This document shows, piece by piece, positions 59,143 to 64,000 of a stretch of DNA of 64,000 nucleotides. Source of the stretch: Neodothiora populina (lineage: Eukaryota); contig NW_027191409.1 of the NCBI RefSeq assembly GCF_041146345.1, positions 1,798,001-1,862,000 on the forward strand, written 5' to 3'. A program made the position numbers and the translations under genes. Under the pieces are notes generated by a model, which saw nothing but the letters and a program-made list of their open reading frames with translations, searched no databases and was not told the origin of the DNA. Numbering within the stretch: the first letter of the stretch is position 1; each line of letters starts with the position of its first letter.

Positions 59143-60354
59143 ATGATCTCTAAGAGCCTCGCCCTCGCTTTGGCCTTGACCTCGGCCGTCAATGCTCTTC
59201 CTACTTTTCAGGTCCGTGATGACTGCATGGACGCGTACAACGCCTGCATCGCCGCTGGCACCTCTCAAGTTGCTTGCTCTTGCACCTTGTCCGCTTGCTC
59301 CGGCGAAGACAGTGCCCGCAACCGCGAGTACTGCTCCAGTGCCACTGCTGGTCTCTCTGCATCAGCAACCTCCAGCGCCAGCTACGCCTGCAACCCTGCA
59401 CACTCTTACCCCGAAGGTGTTAGATGTGTTTCTACCAATGGAGGCCTCAGCCTTGTAACTCCCACAGCCTCAGCTTCCTCCACTGGCTATGCTTGCAATC
59501 CTGCTCACTCCTACCCCGAGGGTGTTAGCTGTGTTTCTACCAACGGAGGTCTTAGTCTTGTAACTCCCACAGCCTCAGCTTCCTCCACTGGCTATGCTTG
59601 CAATCCTGCTCACTCCTACCCCGAGGGTGTTAGCTGTGTTTCTACCAACGGAGGTCTTAGTCTTGTAACTCCCACAGCCTCAGCTTCCTCCACTGGCTAT
59701 GCTTGCAATCCTGCTCACTCCTACCCCGAGGGTGTCAGCTGTGCCTCTACCAACGGAGGTCTTAGCCTAGTAACCCCCGCGGCTTCGACCCCAGCTTCAT
59801 CTACTGAATATGCCTGCAACCCAGCCCACTCCTACCCCGGTGGAATCGCCTGTGTCTCTACCAATGGCGCCTTGAGCCTTGTTACTCCTGCTCCTTCAGC
59901 TACTGCATCTGCAGCTGCAGCAGTTGCAACTTCGGCCGCTGCTGCCGTCGGTGCTGCAGCTCCCGGCTCGAACCCTAAGAAGGTGGTCGGCAAGACCTGG
60001 ACTATTGCCAACCTCACTCGCTACTGCGGTAGTGATAACACTGGCTGCGACCTCAACTTCGCCATTGAGGCTGACGGAAAGACTGAGCGCTGCACTGTGT
60101 CCCGCAACCCTGGTTCTAACGCTGCCACTGAGAGCTGGTCCAACCAGAACTGCACCACTGGATCTGACTTTAAGGTCTCTTGGGGATACGTTGAGAACCC
60201 TGCTCCTGCATTCGCTGTCCTCACTGTTGTCGAAGGATCAGAGCTTGCGTGGTTCGGTGTTTCTGATGTCAACGGTGGAAAGGTGTCTGCCAATGCACCA
60301 TTCGGCTCATTCGACCCCAGAAACCTTACCGAGCCCGTGTACACCTACAACTAA
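59143..60354 (+). CDS. Secreted modular Cys-rich protein: 6-Cys N-domain, five tandem repeats, Ala/Ser/Thr linker, 4-Cys C-terminal domain
   Basis: Signal peptide [18 protein letters not shown]; intronless; strong codon bias. Confidence 0.9.
   Translation: MISKSLALALALTSAVNALPTFQVRDDCMDAYNACIAAGTSQVACSCTLSACSGEDSARNREYCSSATAGLSASATSSASYACNPAHSYPEGVRCVSTNGGLSLVTPTASASSTGYACNPAHSYPEGVSCVSTNGGLSLVTPTASASSTGYACNPAHSYPEGVSCVSTNGGLSLVTPTASASSTGYACNPAHSYPEGVSCASTNGGLSLVTPAASTPASSTEYACNPAHSYPGGIACVSTNGALSLVTPAPSATASAAAAVATSAAAAVGAAAPGSNPKKVVGKTWTIANLTRYCGSDNTGCDLNFAIEADGKTERCTVSRNPGSNAATESWSNQNCTTGSDFKVSWGYVENPAPAFAVLTVVEGSELAWFGVSDVNGGKVSANAPFGSFDPRNLTEPVYTYN
59383..59889 (+). repeat. Coding tandem repeat, five units of about 105 bp ([27 protein letters not shown]...)
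   Basis: Unit starts at 59383, 59488, 59593, 59698 and 59809. Confidence 0.95.
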
Positions 60355-61680
60355 ATTATAAATTATATCGCTCCTATCGGTTAGGATACGAGGTTTACGA
60401 TCAATCGTCGAGTAGCTTGTATTTTTAGATCATAAATTCATTTGCATTCTTTTCATAACACATCTACCAATTAGTCCTGCAATAGTTCGGTATATCATTT
60501 TTTTATGCCATGAGTGTGCGTTAGGGTCTCATACAGTTGCAGAAACTAAAGGCTCGCTACTATAGGCCAGTGAGATCTCCTTCTAGTATGTACTAAAAGC
60601 TTTGTTGGGTGAGCATAAGATTACTTGTGGGCTCACTTGATATATAACCACAACCATCGTCTTCTGCACAGTAGCTACTGGTCCAGCTTGCCACGCGTAT
60701 CCTGGAATCGTTGTCGCTTCAGCTACTATTGTGCCGGACAGGGCACCGTTTCATGCCCACAATTACTTACGGCGGAACCGCGCATGTCGGGACCTTCCAC
60801 ATTGAAGTGTAAAACTGTTGATGACTCGTAGGTGACTACCTTATGTCAGGTAGGTTCACGCACAAGAGGCAACCGGGTCAGGGCATAAAACAGACACCAA
60901 CAACCGGAATGGCTCCCGGCGTCGCTTATCCAAGATCCGGGGAATCCCGTACTGGGATACCGGGATGTTCCGACGAAGGAAGCCTTCCATTAATCGTTTA
61001 ACAAACATATGCTTAAAAGTCGTCTTGTTTCAACTGTCGATAGTTAATCCTATAAGGAAACAGAAGGAGTACCTAAATCGGCTAGCTGTAGATGATATGC
61101 GGGCTGTCTCGGCGACGCTGATAAGGAATGGTGCCAGGCGCAGCTAGCGTTATGTACCTTACCTATCCTTCGTTTAGTGATTGCTTCAGTGACGCAGTAC
61201 AGAGGGAAACCCTGTCCTCTCTATCACATCGCCACGTTAGATTCAGAGCTCGAAAAGCACCACACTTCCTTCATATACGACAAAAAATTGAGAAGACAGC
61301 ACGACTACCAGTACGCAAGCTGCAGTTGCTTGGTCAGATGCGCCATTCTATCATTATGAAAAGACCTTGAGGCAGCGTCAGCGCGTGATCAAATCCACAC
61401 CCAAAGAGGCTGACTACTGAATGCTGGAAGATCGAAACCCCGCGAGTAAGCTCAGAAGCTCCCGGAGGACAATCAAGATCACTGTCAGAGGGGGGGCGAC
61501 AACTTGGAACCAATCACAGCGTGTGCAGTCGAACAGCTTGTCAAGGTCAATTTACCTCTACCGAGAATGAAGTGCCTGATCTATCTGTCTTCATGGAATC
61601 ATGTCGTAGTAGTATTCGGCCGTAAACGAAAGTCCCCAGCGCCATCATGACCTCCCAACAGTCGGTCTCTGCTGCTGCTG

Positions 61681-62847
61681 CTACTGCAACGTCTTGATCT
61701 CCGACTTGAGATCTCCAAACATGACATCAATCTGCGCCAACAAGCTCCCACGGCCATCATTGGTAATGGAATGATCATTCATCTTACGCCTCATCGCTTC
61801 CACCGCCCTCTCGATCTCCTGCGCGATGGCCACGCGAAGCATGCTCAGTGCTGTGGTCCGATTCCGCCCAGTGACATCAAAGTTAGCAACGCGAACACAG
61901 GCAGCGGCGGCGGCGGAGTTGGAGTCCGGTGTCAGAGAGCGCAGCTGGCCAAGCACGCATTGTACGGTCAGGAAGGCAAGGAGGAAGAGGTTCTCGACCT
62001 GTTGTTCTTCACCCAGAGTGGAGCAGCAGTAGTGGCAGGTCTCGAGTGCTGTCCGTTGTTCGAGGGCTCGGGTCGCATTAGAAAAGATAGTATCGATGGG
62101 TTAGGGTTGTCGCTCGGACACTTCTGGCGTAGGTAATTCTAGCCGGGCGGATGAGGTGCTTCGACTGAGACTGACCAGCAGAGTTCGTAGACGCTGCGCA
62201 CATCCGCAGGTCAGGAGTCGAGTTTATTGCATGGTGTTCTTGTCGTTGCTATCGAGGCCGCCATTGTCATCTAGACCACCTTCCTGGTGGTCACTTCCAG
62301 GAGGTGAGGAGCTTGTTGCCAATCGATGGGCCAAGAGTCCACGTGCTGATTATCAGAGTTGGATGGATGTACAGTGCCAGCAATCAAGTCGACACTTGGT
62401 CCCGATAAACAAGTCAGCAAGTCCTCGTCCAAGAAACAGTTCCAGGCTGAGTCACCCGACGACAAATCATCCGTGGGCTCTGGTGGCAACGACACAGACG
62501 TAATCTGTTGAATGTCGGGCGCCACAATTTCATGCTGCATCAGAGTCGTCCCCGAGTGGGTGGATGGGTTTTGCTGATTTCCTGGACCCGCGAGGTCGTC
62601 CAAGACGATTTGTCGGTCTGTAGAAACATGAATCGCCGGCGTCGGAGAGGGTACATTTCTCGCATGGCATCTCCCCGGAACGTTTTCTCTTGAGCTGGTG
62701 GCATAGGTCGCAAGCGTTGCGGAGGCCGATTTGTTCCTCGTAGCGTGATGTGGGTGGGGTATTTTTCCGACGCCGCTGCAGGTCAACCAAGGACTTCCTG
62801 GTGTTGGCAGTAGATGTTGTTTGACGATTTCTCAAGTGCGACGCCAT
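61681..62847 (-). pseudogene. Zn(II)2Cys6 transcription factor pseudogene (AflR-like layout)
   Basis: LRNACDLCHQLKRKRSGEMPCEKC...CFY...RLGRPR with the third Cys replaced by Arg; frame shifts at about 62560-62320; TAA at 62226-62224 and 62103-62101. Confidence 0.8.
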
Positions 62848-63040
62848 TCTGTTACATACGACGAGACAGTTGGGGCCAGTTGATGGCCCTCTTCGTTAAC
62901 GCGAATGCAGACTCAACGGGCACGACTTTCGCATATAAATAGACGGCTATCAATGCTTGTGGCCCAACTATTTGCGTACTTCATCATTTTGGTCGAAGGA
63001 AGCGAGTGTCTTTCGACAAGCGTCACAAAGGGGAATTGAA

Positions 63041-63110
63041 GGATGGGTGGATTGACTGATTGATGGAGGGGTGGATTGATTGATTGACTGATGGACGGAT
63101 AGATGGATGA
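63041..63110. repeat. Degenerate GATG/GATT tetranucleotide simple repeat
   Basis: ggatgggtggattgactgattgatgg...gattgattgattgactgatggacggatagatggatg. Confidence 0.6.
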
Positions 63111-64000
63111 AATTATTGAATGGACTCAGTGGGTCTACCAACACAAGTGGCTTGCCTTGGGAAAGGAAGATCTACAGTATCTGGCAACTCCGTCCGAGAA
63201 ATCGCGCAAAGCTGGGTGAGAAGGTTGTATGCCTGATGGGAGCTGTGATTCGAGCCGTGGCCAGTTGATGCAGGTGTCGTATGACCCTCAATCTATCATG
63301 TACTCGCTTCTCGCATGATCTCGAGCAGTCTACACAAACTTCGTGTATTCGGAATTCAAGGTACTTCGTGACATCAAGGTGCTAGCATACGTTACCCAAG
63401 TACAAATGCATGAAGTCTGATAAGCATAACAAGAGCGAGACAAGGCAACAGACTGCACGATAGCAGCGATGCCTTGATATAACACGTGATAGCAAGAGTG
63501 TCTAATAGTGAAGATGGACTTTGATGGGCTACTGTAGGTCACGCAACACGTGACTTGACTATAACCGTCGAAATGACTCAGGTAGGTGCCATTTGCCCCA
63601 GACGTCGCTGTCAGAAAAGCTCGGTTGACATGATTAGTGGCTAGCTAGCAAAGCCAAGTGCTCGGCTCACGGTCCGGGTGAATCGGAAGACTCGCAATAC
63701 TGGGGGATGGAATCAATAAGGTTCGCGGCTGCGGCGCGGCTCACCCCCAAGTTCAATTCATGATATAGCACTACACGGTTGGCGTCCTCGATCGTTGCAG
63801 CTACCTTACTGTGTATGTGACAATAACAGGCGACGGATCTCCCGACGCTGCCACACCTCCCATCGAGTATAGATGAAGTAACGCTCTCTCGCTGCGGATC
63901 ACTCTGTCATGCACTGCCTGTTCATTACAAGAGTGAGGACAGAGCACAGACTCCAAAACAGCGAGGTACTGTTACCTGAGCCTTAGTGGTCCCAATTCGT

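Noticed and set aside
59383..59889. Regular repeats as a CRISPR-like array
   Set aside because: In-frame coding tandem repeats without unique spacers, in a eukaryotic gene.
39837..64000. Starship or other transposon call for the decayed zone
   Set aside because: No tyrosine recombinase, transposase, LTR or terminal repeat seen within the window.

Overview
Eukaryotic DNA from a filamentous ascomycete (Pezizomycotina-type short GT..AG introns with CTRAC branch points). No rRNA, tRNA, CRISPR array or recognisable transposase was seen. Three zones: (1) 1-20.6 kb, intact transport and cell-wall genes: a Dal5-family MFS, a CSC1/OSCA channel, an amino-acid permease, a GH72 glucanosyltransferase followed by an orphan Ser/Thr+GPI exon, an SV2-like MFS and a His-rich TPR protein. 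(2) 21.4-38.7 kb, an intact nine-gene putative aromatic/xenobiotic catabolic cluster: LigB/DODA-type dioxygenase, dual C2H2+Zn2Cys6 regulator, CocE/NonD hydrolase, cupin, 123-aa unknown protein, ALDH lacking its catalytic residues, FAD monooxygenase fused to an acetoacetate-decarboxylase-like domain, FAH-family hydrolase and MFS. Three of its divergent promoters share an exact 13-bp motif, CCTCCACATCCCG, and a fourth promoter has a near-exact copy. (3) 39.8-63 kb, a decaying accessory zone with six disrupted genes, plus an orphan ORF, a GFA protein and two secreted proteins, one with five Cys-containing tandem repeats. Gene models were spliced by eye and family calls rest on recognised motifs, not on database searches.
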